Origin: the human T2T-CHM13v2.0 reference genome, Homo sapiens
DNA: 64,000 nt
Strand: one strand, 5' to 3'
NCBI RefSeq assembly: GCF_009914755.1
Contig: NC_060947.1
How positions within the stretch are numbered: the stretch's first letter is position 1; each line of letters starts with the position of its first letter. Below the pieces are notes generated by a model. The model did no database searches and was not told the DNA's origin. It saw nothing but the letters and a program-made list of their open reading frames with translations. The translations under genes and the position numbers were made by a program. Shown in pieces: positions 45,301 through 57,565 of the stretch.

Positions 45301-48300
45301 CCATTTCAATGGAAACTAACCAAAAGCAGGAGCATATATATCAAACAAAATAGATTTCAAGACAAAAACTATAAGAGACACATGAGGTTACTATATAATG
45401 ATAAAGAGGTCAATTTAGCAAGAGGATGTATCAATTTTAAATATATATACAGCCAACACTAGAGCATGCAGATATATAAAGAAATATTATTAGTGATAAA
45501 GAGAGGAATAAGCTCTGACACAATAATAGCTGGAGACTTCAACACCTCACTTTCAGCATTGGACATACATTCAAGATAGAAAGTCAACAAAGAAACATCA
45601 GACTTAGTCTGTACTATAGACCAAATGGACTTAACAGATATATAAAGAACATTTTATCCAATGGCTGCAGAATACATGTACTTTTTCTCAACATATGGAT
45701 CATTATCAAGGACACACAATATCTTAAGTCAAAAAACAAGTGTCAAAATACTCAAAATATTAAAATAATATCAAGTATCTTCTCTGACCACAGTGGAATA
45801 AAACTAGAAATTGATAACAAAAGTAATCTTGGAAACCATACAAATACATGGAAATTAAACAACAGCTGCTGAATGACCAGTGGGTCAATGAAGTAATTAA
45901 GAAGAAAATTGAAAAATGTCATAAAACAAATGATAATAGAAACACAATATACCAAAACCTATGAAATATAGCAAAAGCAGTCCTTTTATACTTTTACTTT
46001 TTAGCAGTTTATAGCTATAAGTGCCTAAATCACAAAAGAGAAAAATGTTCAAATAAACAATCTAACAGTACATCTTAAAGAATAAGAAAAGAAAGAGTAA
46101 ACCAAACCCCAAATTAGTATAAGAATAGAAATAAAAATCAGGGACGAAATGAATAAAATTAAAATGAAGAAAACAATACAAAATACCAATAAAACAAAAA
46201 GTTGTTTCTTTCAAAAGTGAAACAAAACTGACAATTTTTTAGCCAGCATAACAAAAATGAAAGAAGATACAAATAAATAAAATCATAAATGAAAAAGGAA
46301 ACATTACAATTGATACTGCAGAAATTCAAAGGATCATTAGTGGCTACTATGAGCAACCATATGCCAATAATTTGAAAAACCTAGAAGTGGACAAATTCCA
46401 AACAAACACAACCTACTGAGACTGAACCATGTAGAAATCCAAAACCTGAACATACCAATAACAAGTAATGACATTGAAGCCATAATAAAACAACTCCTAC
46501 AAGTAAAGAAAAGCCCAGGACCCAATTACTTCACTGCTGAATTCTGCCAACCACTTAAAGAATAATTCGTACCAATTACTTAAACTATTCTGAAAAATAG
46601 AGGAGAAGGGAATAATTTCAAATGTATTCTACAAGGCCAGTTTTATCCTGATACCAACACCAGAAAAAGACAGTTTAAAAAAAAAAAAAAAAGAAGAAGA
46701 AGAAAACTAAAGGCCATTAACTCCAATGAATATTGGTGCAAAAAATCCTCAACACAATATTAGCAAAGCAAATTCAACAATACATTTAGAATGATCATGG
46801 TATAGATGAGCAATCATCTTTAGAATCATCATTCATCACAACCAAGTGGGATGTATCACATTACCTGACTTCAAATTATACTACAGAGCTGCAGTAACCA
46901 AAAAAGCATGGTGCTGGTATAAAAACAGATAAAAAGACCAATGGAAACAAATAGAGAACCCAGAAACAAATCCACACACCTACACTAAACTCATTTTCAA
47001 CAGAGGTGCCCAGAATATACACTGGGGAAAAGACAGCCTCTTCTCTTCAATAAATGGTGGCGGGGAAAATGAACATCTATAGGGCAAAGAATGAAACTAC
47101 ACCCCATCTCTCACCATATACAGAAATCAAATCAAAATGTACTAATGACTTAAATAAAAAACCTTAAATTATTAAACAACCACAAGAAAATATTGGGGTA
47201 GCTCTTCAGCACATTGGTCTGGGCAAAAGTGTCTTGAGCCATACTCTGTAAGCACAGACAACGGAAGCAAAAATGGACATGTTGGATTGCATCAAGATAA
47301 GAAGCTTCTGCACACCAAAGTAAACAATTAATAAAGTGAAGAGACAATCCACAGAGTGAGACAAAATATTTGCAAAATATCCATCTGACAAGGGATTAAT
47401 AACGAGACTATATAAGGAACTCCAACAACTTTATAAGAAAAATAATCTAATAATCTGATAAAATAATGGTCAATAGATTTGAACAGGTATTTCTGATAAA
47501 AAGACCTACAAATGGAAAACAGACATATGAAAAAGATATCAACATAATTGGTCATCAGACAAGTGCAAATCAAAACAATTATGTGTTTCCTATTTCATTC
47601 CAGTTAAAATGGTTTATATCCAAAAGACAGGCAATAACAAATACTGGTGAAGAGGTGGATAAAAGGGACTCCTCATACGCTGTTGATGGGAATATAGATT
47701 AGTATACACACTACGGAGAAAAGTTTGCAGCATCCTCAAAAAACTAAAAATAGAGCTACCATATGATCCAGCAATCCCACTGCTGGGTTTAAATCCCCCC
47801 TGCCCCCCAAAAAAGAAAATCAGTATATCAAAGAGATATCTGCACCCCCATATTTGTTCCAGCACTGTTTACAATAGCTAAGATTTGGAAGCAACCTAAG
47901 TGCTCAATAACAGAAGAAAGGAAAAGAACATAAACAATGGAGTTCCATTCAGCCTTAAAAAAAAATGAGATCCTGTCATTTGCAACAACATGGATGAAAT
48001 GGGAGATCATTATGTTAAGTGAAATAAGCCAGGCACAGAAAGTCAATCATCATGTATTCTCACTTATTTAAGGGATCTAAAATCAAAACAATTGAGCTCA
48101 TGGACATATAGAGTAGAAGGGTTACCATAGGATGGGCAGGGTAGTTGTGGAATTGATGTGGGGGAGATAGGGAGGATTACTGGGTGTGAAAAGTAGAAAG
48201 AAATAATAAGATCTACCATTTGATAACATAACAGGATGACTATAGTCAATATAACTTAGTTGTACATATTAAAATAACTAAAAGAGTGTAATTGGATTGT

Positions 48301-48470
48301 TTGTAACGCAAAGGATAAATGCTTGAGGGGATGAATAACCGATTCTCCATGATATAATTATTTTACATTGCATGCCTGTATCAAAGCATTTCATGTACCT
48401 TATAAATATATACATCTACTCTATACCCACAAAAATTAAAAATAACTTTAAAAATAAAATAAAAATATAA
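39378..48470 (+). mobile_element. Near full-length L1MA1-3-like element (5' UTR, ORF1, ORF2 with RT deletion, 3' UTR) interrupted by an MST provirus
   Basis: 5' end AAATGACAGAATAGAAGGCTCCACTGATCATCCCC. ORF1 C-terminus 41945-42148 (FKHEGEIQTF..LRDFINTR..LQEMLKGVLQSE). ORF2 starts ATGGCAGGAGTAAGTCCTTAC near 45116. 3' end CTATACCCACAAAAATTAAAAA. Confidence 0.88.
42222..44686 (-). mobile_element. Complete MaLR provirus, MSTA-like: LTR 42222-42648, internal 42649-44258, LTR 44259-44686
   Basis: Two homologous ~428-bp LTRs in direct orientation flank a ~1.6-kb MST-int (CCCTGGCCCCTCCCAAATCTC...AGCAATGCCTCAATCCTTGTTACCAATTTT). Confidence 0.92.
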
Positions 48471-51157
48471 GATCTGGAAACTAAAAAAAAAACTTTCTAC
48501 GTCTATTGAGATGCTTGTGTATGTTTAAAACTTTCTACATCTATTGAGATGCTTGTATATGATTTATTTTTAATTATGTTCATGTGGCAAATAATATTTA
48601 TTCATTTGTCTATGTTAAACCAACTGAGCATCCCATCAAACAAGCCTACCTGATTATGATGAACATACTTTTTGATGTGCTGCCGGGTTAAGTTTGTTAA
48701 TATTTTGTAAAAATTTTTGCATCTATCTTCATCAAGAATATTGTCCCATAGTTTTCTTCTTTGTGTGTGTTTTTGCCAGGTTTTGATAAGAGGGTGATTC
48801 TGGCTTCAAAGGATGAGTTATGAAAGAGTCCCTTCTCCTTGAGGTTTTACAAGATATTCCATAGGATTGGTATCATGTCTTTTTGTACATCTGGTGGAAT
48901 TTGACTGTGAATTAATCTGGTCTGTGGCTTTTATTGGATGGTAGGATTTTTATTTATTACTAATTCAGTTTTGGAACACGCTATTCGCCTGTTCACGATC
49001 TCAATTTTTTTTCCAGTTCAATCTTAGAAGGTTGTGTGCTTTCAGGAATTTATCCATTTCTTCTAAATCTTCTAGTTTGTGTGCATAGAGATGTTCATAA
49101 TATTCTCTGAGGATCTTTTGGATTTCCATGAGATCAGTTGTAATGTGACCTTTGCCATTTCTGATTGCGCTTATTTGTATCTTTTCCCTTTTATTTTTGT
49201 TAACATAGCTAGTGTTCTATTGATTTTTTAATCTGTTCAAAGATCCAAATTTTAGTTTCATTTATTCTTTGTATGAATTTTTAGGATTCACTTCTGTTCA
49301 GTACTGCTCTGATTTTAGTTATTTATTTTCTCTCACGTGGGCTTTGGAGTTAGTTTGTTCTTGTTTTTCTAGTTCCCCTAGGTGTGATGTTGGATCGTTA
49401 ATTTTCGATCTTTCTGACTTTTTCATGTAAATGTTTAGTGTTGTAAACATTCCTCTTAACAGTTTTTGCTGCATCACAGAGATTGTGGTATGTTGTGTCT
49501 CTGTTCTCTTTTACTTGAAATATTTTTTATTTCTGCTTTAATTTTTTTTTTTTACCAAAAATTCACTCAGGACAAAAATGTTTGATTTCCATATAATTTT
49601 ACGGTTTTGAGAGATCTTGGTATTGATTGCTGTTTTTATTCCACAATGGTCTGAAAACATCATTGGTATGATTTTAATTTTTAAAAAATTCATTGAGACT
49701 TGCTATGAGGTCAATGACTTGGTCAATAGAGTATGTTATGTGCGGTGATGAAAAGAATGTATATTCTGTGGTTAATTGGTAGAGTATGTTGTAGATGTCT
49801 CTTAGGTTCAATGCAGAAATTCAGTCCAAAATTTCTATAGCAGTTTTCTGACACAATAATCTGACTGATGCTGTCAGTGAGGTGTTGAAGTCCCACACTA
49901 TTATTGTGTAGCTGTTTGAGTCTTTTTGTAGGTCTGGAAGTACTTTGTAAATTAATCTGGCTTCTAAAATGTTGGGTGCTTATATACGTAGGATAGTTAA
50001 GTTTTCCTGTTGAATTAAACCCATTACGATTATGTAACACCCTACTTTGTCCTTTTAACTGCTTTTGGTTTAAAATCTATTTTACCTGATATAGTAATAG
50101 CTACTCTTGGTTATTTTGTTTACTGTTTGCGTGATAGATCTTTCTCCAAGCCCTTACTTTGAGCCTATAGATGTTGTTTCATCTGAGATAGATTTTTTGT
50201 AGATAGCAGATGGGCATTTTTTTTTTCATTCAACTTACCACTCTGTGCCTTTTAAGTAGGGTGTTTATACTATGTACATTGAAGGTTAATATTGATATGT
50301 GAGGTTTTGATCCTGTCGTTGATAGCTGGTTGCTTCATAGATTTTAATTTGTCATTACTTTATTGGTTCTGTCGGTTATGTACGTGGTTTTTTGTGGTAG
50401 CAGGTATTATTCTTTTGACTTAATGTTGAGAATACCTTAACTAGGTCTTGTAATTCTGGTCTTGTGATGAATTACCTTAGTACTTGCTCATCTGCAAAAG
50501 ATTTTATGTCTTCTTCACTTATTAAGCCTAGTTTGTTGGGATATGAGATTCTTGGTTGCAATTTTTTTTTTAATGTTGCAAATAGGCCCCCAACATTTCC
50601 TGGCTTGTAAAGTTTCTGCTGAGAAATCTGCTGTTAGTCTGATGGCATTCCCTTTGTACATGTTTGATGTTTTCTCTAGCTTCCTTGAAATTTTCCTCTT
50701 TTGTATTTACCTTGGACAGTCTGGTGACTATATACTTTGGTGATGTTCATTTTGTATAATATCTCGCAAGTGTCGTCTGGCTTTGTTTTATTTGGATTTC
50801 CAACTCTCTAGCAAGATTAAATATAATTTTGAACTATTCTCTTAAATACATTTTCCAGGCTGTTTACTTGTTTTTGTTTTGTCTCAAGAATGCCAATAAT
50901 TCATTGGTTTGGTCACTTGACATAAGCCCATATTGCCTGTAGACTTGTTCATTTTCTTAATTATTATTATTTTTTTTTTTCCTGGCTGGGTTTAAAATTT
51001 TTTTCTGACAACAGAAAGACTGGTCTTCAAGTTCTGAAATTCTTTCTACTGCTTTGTCTAGTCTATTGAAAAAGCTTTCAATTGTATTTTGAAATTCCTT
51101 ATGCGAGTTTGTTAATTCCAGAAGCTTTGATGGATTTCATTTTAGGATGTGTGTCTT

Positions 51158-51544
<387 letters not shown>

Positions 51545-52269
51545 AATTTTCTACTTTGTCTTGGATCTCATAGAGTTTCCCTGCAATCCATGCTTTGAAT
51601 TATTTATCTGTCAGTTCCGAGTTTTCATTTTGATAAAGGACCATTGCTGAAGATCTAGTGTGATCCTTTTGTGGTGTCACTACATTTAGATTTTTTTATG
51701 ATGCTTGAATTCTTTCAGTAGTTCCTTCTCATCTGGTGATGCTAGAACTTCTACATTTTGTTATTATTTTCAGAGGGTAGAATTGTTTTTTCATTCTTTA
51801 AAACTACAATATTGTTTATTTGTTTGTTTGTTTTCTTTTCCCTTTCCTTCCGTCCCTAGGGATTGTGATTACAGAGAATGTTGGGTAGGGTATTTCGGCT
51901 TTGTTTCTTAGCCCTATGCACTTCTTCAGCAGATTTTATATTGGGCTGTGAATTCTGACCTACAAGCCAGTAAATGGTGGTAATGTGGAGGAGCTGGATG
52001 TGGCCAATGCAGCTAGGTATATACTTGATTCTTACTTACTGGGAAAAGCTCTCTGTTGCCTCAAGGAACAAACTAATCTATGGAGTGCACAGTGGTCTGA
52101 GCTATCCTCTCAGCCCCATGGAATTAGAGGTCAAGATGGGTGGCGCTGGACTCAGCATGCCCACCTACATCTCCCCAGGTGGCAAACACAAGTACCATCA
52201 CCAAGGGACAATCTTGATGGTGGCCTCCAAGCACCCAGAGGCCAAGCATCCATGCAGCTGGAAACCTTC

Positions 52270-53130
52270 TCAGCGCTAAATTCTGTGTCTGGGGAGGGTG
52301 GGTGGCCTATGCTCCCAATCCAGGAGAGTGTGTGCTCGATATGCCTAAAGATCTGCCATGGTGTGGAGCGTAGATGGCCTCACTGAACTGCATTTTTTTT
52401 GTTTTTCATGGGAATGGTGGAACAGCTCAGGCTGCTAAACCGGGTGAATGTATGCTCCAACTGCCTGAGATATGCCTGGGCATGGGACGTATAGGGCTTC
52501 ACTTCACCATGGTCTCTGTACTGGAAACGTGGGTGAACTCAGCCTGCTGATTCAGGTGAGTGGGTGCTCCAAATACCTGGAGATATGACTGTGCATGGGG
52601 TGGAAAAGGTCATGCTTCACCACAATCTCTGCAAAAACAGGGTGTGAGTTCGGGCTACTGGTCCAGGTGACTAAGTGCTCTGAGTGCTTGGAGATATGTC
52701 TGGGTGTGTAGCAAAGAGGGCCCCACTGCACAATGATTTCTGTGCAGGATGAGTGGGACAGCTCAGGCTGCCAATCCAAATGGGCAGGTGTTTTGCATGC
52801 CTGGAGAAATGCCTGGGCATGGAACAGAGAGAACCTGGCTGCATCACGGACTCTTCCCAGGAAGGGTGGGCAACTGAGAGTGCTAAAAAAGGTGAGTGGG
52901 TGCTCCACTTGTCTGGAGATCTGCCTGGGCATGCAGTGGAGGAGACCCCAGTGCCCTCATATCTTTGCACAGAAAATATTGTGTGACTTAGGCTGTCAAT
53001 CTGGACAAGCAGGTGCTCCAAATGCCTGGAGATATGCCTGGGTATGGAACAGAGAGGGGCCCTCCCTGCACCAGGATTCTGCACAGGAAGGATGTGGTGA
53101 CTCACACTTCCGAATCAAGGAAGTGATCTA
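52270..53130. repeat. Degenerate ~112-bp tandem array (7-8 units) in the L1PA16-type 5' UTR
   Basis: The motif TGCCTGGAGATATGCCTGGG recurs near 52341, 52462, 52574, 52685, 52798, 52910 and 53023. Confidence 0.85.
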
Positions 53131-53726
53131 ATTATGCTTTCATAATTGTCAATTTCTCCCTTGAATTCAGTCTACTTGCTTTATGACTTTGAATTTATGT
53201 TAGTATATACATACACTTTAAGGACTGTTTTGTCTTTTGGATGAATTGAAATTACTACCTTTATGAACTGACCATCTTTATCACTGATAATACAGTTTGT
53301 CTTTAAGTATATTCCAACTGATAATATCATCACTATAACCTATTCATTTATTAAAGTATTTATGTATTTTAGAGATTGATCTCCTTATGTTTCCTAGAGT
53401 GCAGTGACTATACAGAGGTGCAATCCCAGTACGGATCAGCATGGGAATTTTGACCCATTTTCAATCAATTTATTTTCAACTTATCTGTGAACATGCCTTA
53501 TAGACAACACAGAGTTAGACGTTTACATTTATTCACTCAAAAAACTCTGCCATTAAATTAAATTATAATTTTATTTACTGGAACTATTGGTATGGTTAAA
53601 ATCAGGTCTAGCAGTTTGCTGTTTTTTCTTTTGTGGCTGTTGTTTTTTCATTGTTACTTTATTCTTTATTTTCTGCATTATTTTGGGTTACATGAATAAT
53701 TTATTAAAATGCAATTGAAATTATGT

Positions 53727-54082
53727 TGTATTAGTCTGTGCTCATGCTGCTAATAAAGACATACCAGAGACTGGGTAATTTATAAAGTAAAGTGATTTAA
53801 TGAACTCACAGTTCCACATGGCCGGGGAGGCCTCACAACCATGGCAGAAGGCAAAGGATAAGCAAAGTCATGTCTTATATGGTGGCAGGCAAGACAGCTT
53901 GTGCAGGGGAAGTCCCATTTATAAAACAATCAAATCTCATAAGACTTACTCACTACCACAAGAACAATATGGGGGAAACCACCTCCATGATTCAATTATC
54001 TCCACCTGGCCCCACCTTTGACATGTGGGGATTATTACAGTTCAAGGTGATATTTGGGTGGGGACACAGCCAAACCATATCA
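53727..54082 (-). mobile_element. THE1B/C solo LTR
   Basis: TGTATTAGTCTGTGCTCATGCTGCTAATAAAGACATACC...CCAAACCATATCA. 5-bp TSD TATGT at 53722-53726 and 54083-54087. Confidence 0.94.
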
Positions 54083-54452
54083 TATGTGTTAGCATTTAGC
54101 TATATCTCTGCATTCTATTATAAGGGTTGCTGTATAGATTACAATTTGCACCCTTAACTTTTCTCATTCTACTCAGTGGTATTACCTTATAATCTCACAT
54201 AAGCTCCACAATCTTTGCAACTCTATGGGTCTATTGATTCTCCTCATATGTTATGCTCCCTTTTATATAGTACTTCAATAGTTATTAATCCCACAATAAA
54301 ATGCTCTAATATTTGCATCAAATAAGCATTTGCATTAAAAATTATGTAATTAAAAAGCAATATATTTTATTTAACCTGGCATTCACTATTTTCATTTTCT
54401 TTTCAGTTTTCAGAGTATCCATGAGAGTATCCATATGATATCATTTTCTGTC

Positions 54453-54602
54453 TGTAGTAGTTGCCTAGGGGGTTTTAATAAATTACCATCATCTGCATGG
54501 CAAAAATAAATGTGTTTGTTTTCTCACAGTTCTGAATGCCAAAAGTCTAAAATCTGGTTGTCAGAAAAGTCAGTCTCCCCACAAAGCCTCTAGAAAAGAA
54601 TT
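54453..54602 (-). mobile_element. MLT1 LTR fragment
   Basis: TTTCTCACAGTTCTGAATGCCAAAAGTCTAAAATC...AAAGCCTCTAGAAAAGAAT. Confidence 0.6.
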
Positions 54603-54789
54603 TTAAAGTGACTTTCCAATTAATGGACCCTAATTTATATCTAGATTTTTAGTTCCAAAGGACATTAAAAAATGTAGTTTTTAGCTTTCCAGTCTACAAA
54701 GTATACAAAGAAATCCAAGAAAGATGCTGGAATTGAGGCCGAGTGTGAATTCACCTTATCCCCCAGAAGAATTAATCTGAAATGGAAAC

Positions 54790-54975
54790 AATGTGTAGTC
54801 TAATAGAAGAAATATATGATTGGGAGCCAGAAAGATTTTTATTTAGTTCTTTAATTAAAAAGTTAGTACCTTGGAAAATGTTAATTATATCTTCCTTTAT
54901 AATTTATCTGTAAACTATAATTTTTAGACTACTTCACTATAATGATTTAAAGATAATATGTTAACAGATATGAAA
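54790..54975 (+). mobile_element. MIR, degenerate
   Basis: ACCTTGGAAAATGTTAATTATATC...TTTATCTGTAAACT...GATTTAAAGATAATATG resembles the MIR core. Confidence 0.45.
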
Positions 54976-55071
54976 TATTACAATAAATAAAACCTACAAT
55001 AATTAATTTTGTAAGACAAAATATTATTAATGGATTTGTAGTTTCTAATAACAATGAAGTGTAGCTCTACC

Positions 55072-55245
55072 TGTGATTATAGGAGTGTGCCACCATGCCT
55101 GGCTATTTTATTATTTTTATTTTTTGTAGAGACGAGGGTCTCACTTTGTTGTGCAGGATGGTCTCAAACTCCCGACCTCAAGTGATGCTTCTGCCTAGGC
55201 CTTCCAAAGTACTGGGATTATAGGTACTAGCCCTGCATTTGACCC
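55072..55245 (-). mobile_element. AluJ fragment (left arm plus linker)
   Basis: TTTTGTAGAGACGAGGGTCTCACTTTGTTGTGCAGGATGGTCTCAAACTCCCGACCTCAAGTGAT. Confidence 0.88.
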
Positions 55246-55246
55246 T

Positions 55247-57565
55247 AAAAGTGTTAACTTATTTAAAGCATCAACTGAAAAGTCAAAAGTTCAAAGTCTC
55301 ATCTGAGACGCAAAGACAGTTACTTGTACCTGTAAGTCTGTAAGATTTTTTTTTAAGTTTTTAATTTAAAAGATACAATGGTGGCATGGGCATTAGGTAA
55401 ATATTTTCATTTAAAAAGCAGAAAATCAGTCAAACAAGAAGGGCAGTAGGCCCACAAGCAAGTCTGAAACCCAGCAGGGCAGACATTAAGGTGTGGTTTT
55501 TTTTTTTTTTTTTTTTTTTTGAGATGGAATCTCGCTCTGTCACAGGCCAGAGTGCAGTGGCACGATCTTGGCTCACTGCAACCTCCGACTCCCTGGTTCA
55601 AGCAATTTTCCTGCCTCAGCCTCCTGAATAGCTGGAATTACAGGCACCTGCCACCACGCCCAGCTAACTTTTTGCATTTTTAGTAGAGACAGGGTTTCAC
55701 CATTTTGGCCAGGATTGTCTCAATCTCCTGACCTCGTGATCCGCCCGCATGGCCTCCCAAAGTGCTGGGATTACACGCGTGAGCCACCGTGACTGGCCGA
55801 CATTAAGTTTTAAAGCTTCAAAATCATCTCCCTTGTCTCCATTTCCCACATCCTGGGGACACAGGTGAGCTCCTGAGGCCTTGTCTAGCCATATCCCTAT
55901 GGCTTTGCTGGGCACAGCCCACCTGGCTGCTCTCCAGGTTTGGAGTCAAATGTCTGCAGTTTTTCAAGCCTGAGGCTGTACACTGCCAGTAGTTGTACCA
56001 TTCTTCAGTATGGGTGATGATCCTATGCCCACAGCTCCACTAGCCAGGGCCCTGGTGGAGAAACTTATGGGGCCTCCAAGCTCACACTTTTCCTCTTTGA
56101 CAATGACTCAGTATAGGCTCTCTGCAGGGAATTTGCCCTTACTGCAGTCTTCTGCTTAGGCACCCAGGCTTTCCCACACATCCTCTGAAATCTGGGTGGA
56201 CGCTACCAAGCCTCTGTGGCCCTTGCATTCTCTGTGCCTACAGGCTTAACACCATGTGGAAGCCGTCAGGGCTTATGGATTGTACCCTGTGAAGCAACAG
56301 CCCAAGCTGTGCCTAGGGCCCTTTAACAAGAGCAATGGAAATGTAGAGAGCAGCAGCCCAAAGCAGCACAAGGCAGTAGTGCTCTGAACCTAACTCCTGA
56401 AAGCAGTCTTTCTATTAGGCTTTTGGGCCTGTAATAAGAAGGGTTGCTTTCAACATTCCTGAAATGTCTTTGGAATTTTTTTTCCTATTGTTCTTACTAT
56501 TAGCACTTGACTCCTATTTAGTCATTTTATTCTCTCTAGCAAGTGGTTGCTCCACAGGCTTTCTTGCCTGAAAACTGTTTTTCCTTTTCTACCACATGGC
56601 CAGCCTGTGAATTTTTCAAATGTTTAGGCTCTGCTTCCATTTTAACTATTGTAAGTAACAACTTTGTTATTGCTTTGCTCCCATATCCAATCATAAGCTC
56701 TTAGAAGCAGCCACATCACTTTCATATACATATATATATATATCTTTTGCCAGATACCCTAAATTATCACTTTTAAGTTCAGCCTTCCACAGAGTCCTCA
56801 AACATGGACACAATGAAGGCGAATTCCTTTCTAGGGTATAACAACGGTAACCTTTGCTCCAGGTTCCAATAAATTTCTTATTTCCATCTGAGACCTTATC
56901 AGCCTGACCTTCACTACCCACATTTCTAGCACCATTGTGGTCACAACCAATTAAGCAGTCTCTAACAAGTTTCAAACTTTCTCTCATCTTTCTGGGTTTT
57001 TTTTTTTTTTTTTAAGTCCTCCAAACTCCTCCAACTTCTGCACATCACTAGTTCTAAATCCACCTCCACATTTTCAGGTATCTTTATAGCAATGTTCCAC
57101 TCCTCAGTACAAATTATCTGTGTCAGTTCATTTTGTGTTGCTATAAAGGAATACCTGAGGCTTGATAATTTATAAAGAAGTTTATTTGCTTAATAGTTTT
57201 GCAGGTTGTACAAGAAGCATGGCATCATTGTCTGCTTCTGGTGAGGGCCTCAGGAAGCTTACAATCATGGTGGAAAGAGAAAAGATATCAACAGTGTCAC
57301 TTGGTGAGAAAGGAGCAAGAAGTAGACAGGAGAGTGGTCCCAGACTCTTTTAACATCCAGATCTCCAGTGAACTAATAAAGAACTCACTCATTACCAAGG
57401 GGTTGGTAAGTACCAAGCCATTTATGAGGGATCTGCCCCCATTACCCAAACACCTCCCATTAGGCTCAGGGATCAAATTTGAAAATGAAATTTGGATATG
57501 TTATCCGACGTCAGGAATACAATTTTCACATGAGAGTTGGAAGGAAAAATATTCGAACTATATTA
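55247..57565 (-). mobile_element. MST (MSTB-like) internal region 55247-57118 plus one LTR 57119-57565; the other LTR is missing
   Basis: Collinear with the MST-int at 42730-44258 (CAAAGTCTCATCTGAGAC...TTCAGGTATCTTTATAGCAATG), followed by TGTGTCAGTTCATTTTGTGTTGCTATAAAGGAATACCTGAGG. Confidence 0.88.
55497..55798 (-). mobile_element. AluSc
   Basis: CTCTGTCACAGGC (Sc-type short form). TSD GACATTAAG at 55482-55490 and 55799-55807. Confidence 0.92.

Noticed and set aside
52270-53131. Overlapping 126-144-aa ORFs and a regular repeat as a gene or CRISPR
   Set aside because: These are degenerate whole-unit tandem repeats in an L1 5' UTR. Higher GC content explains the few stops.
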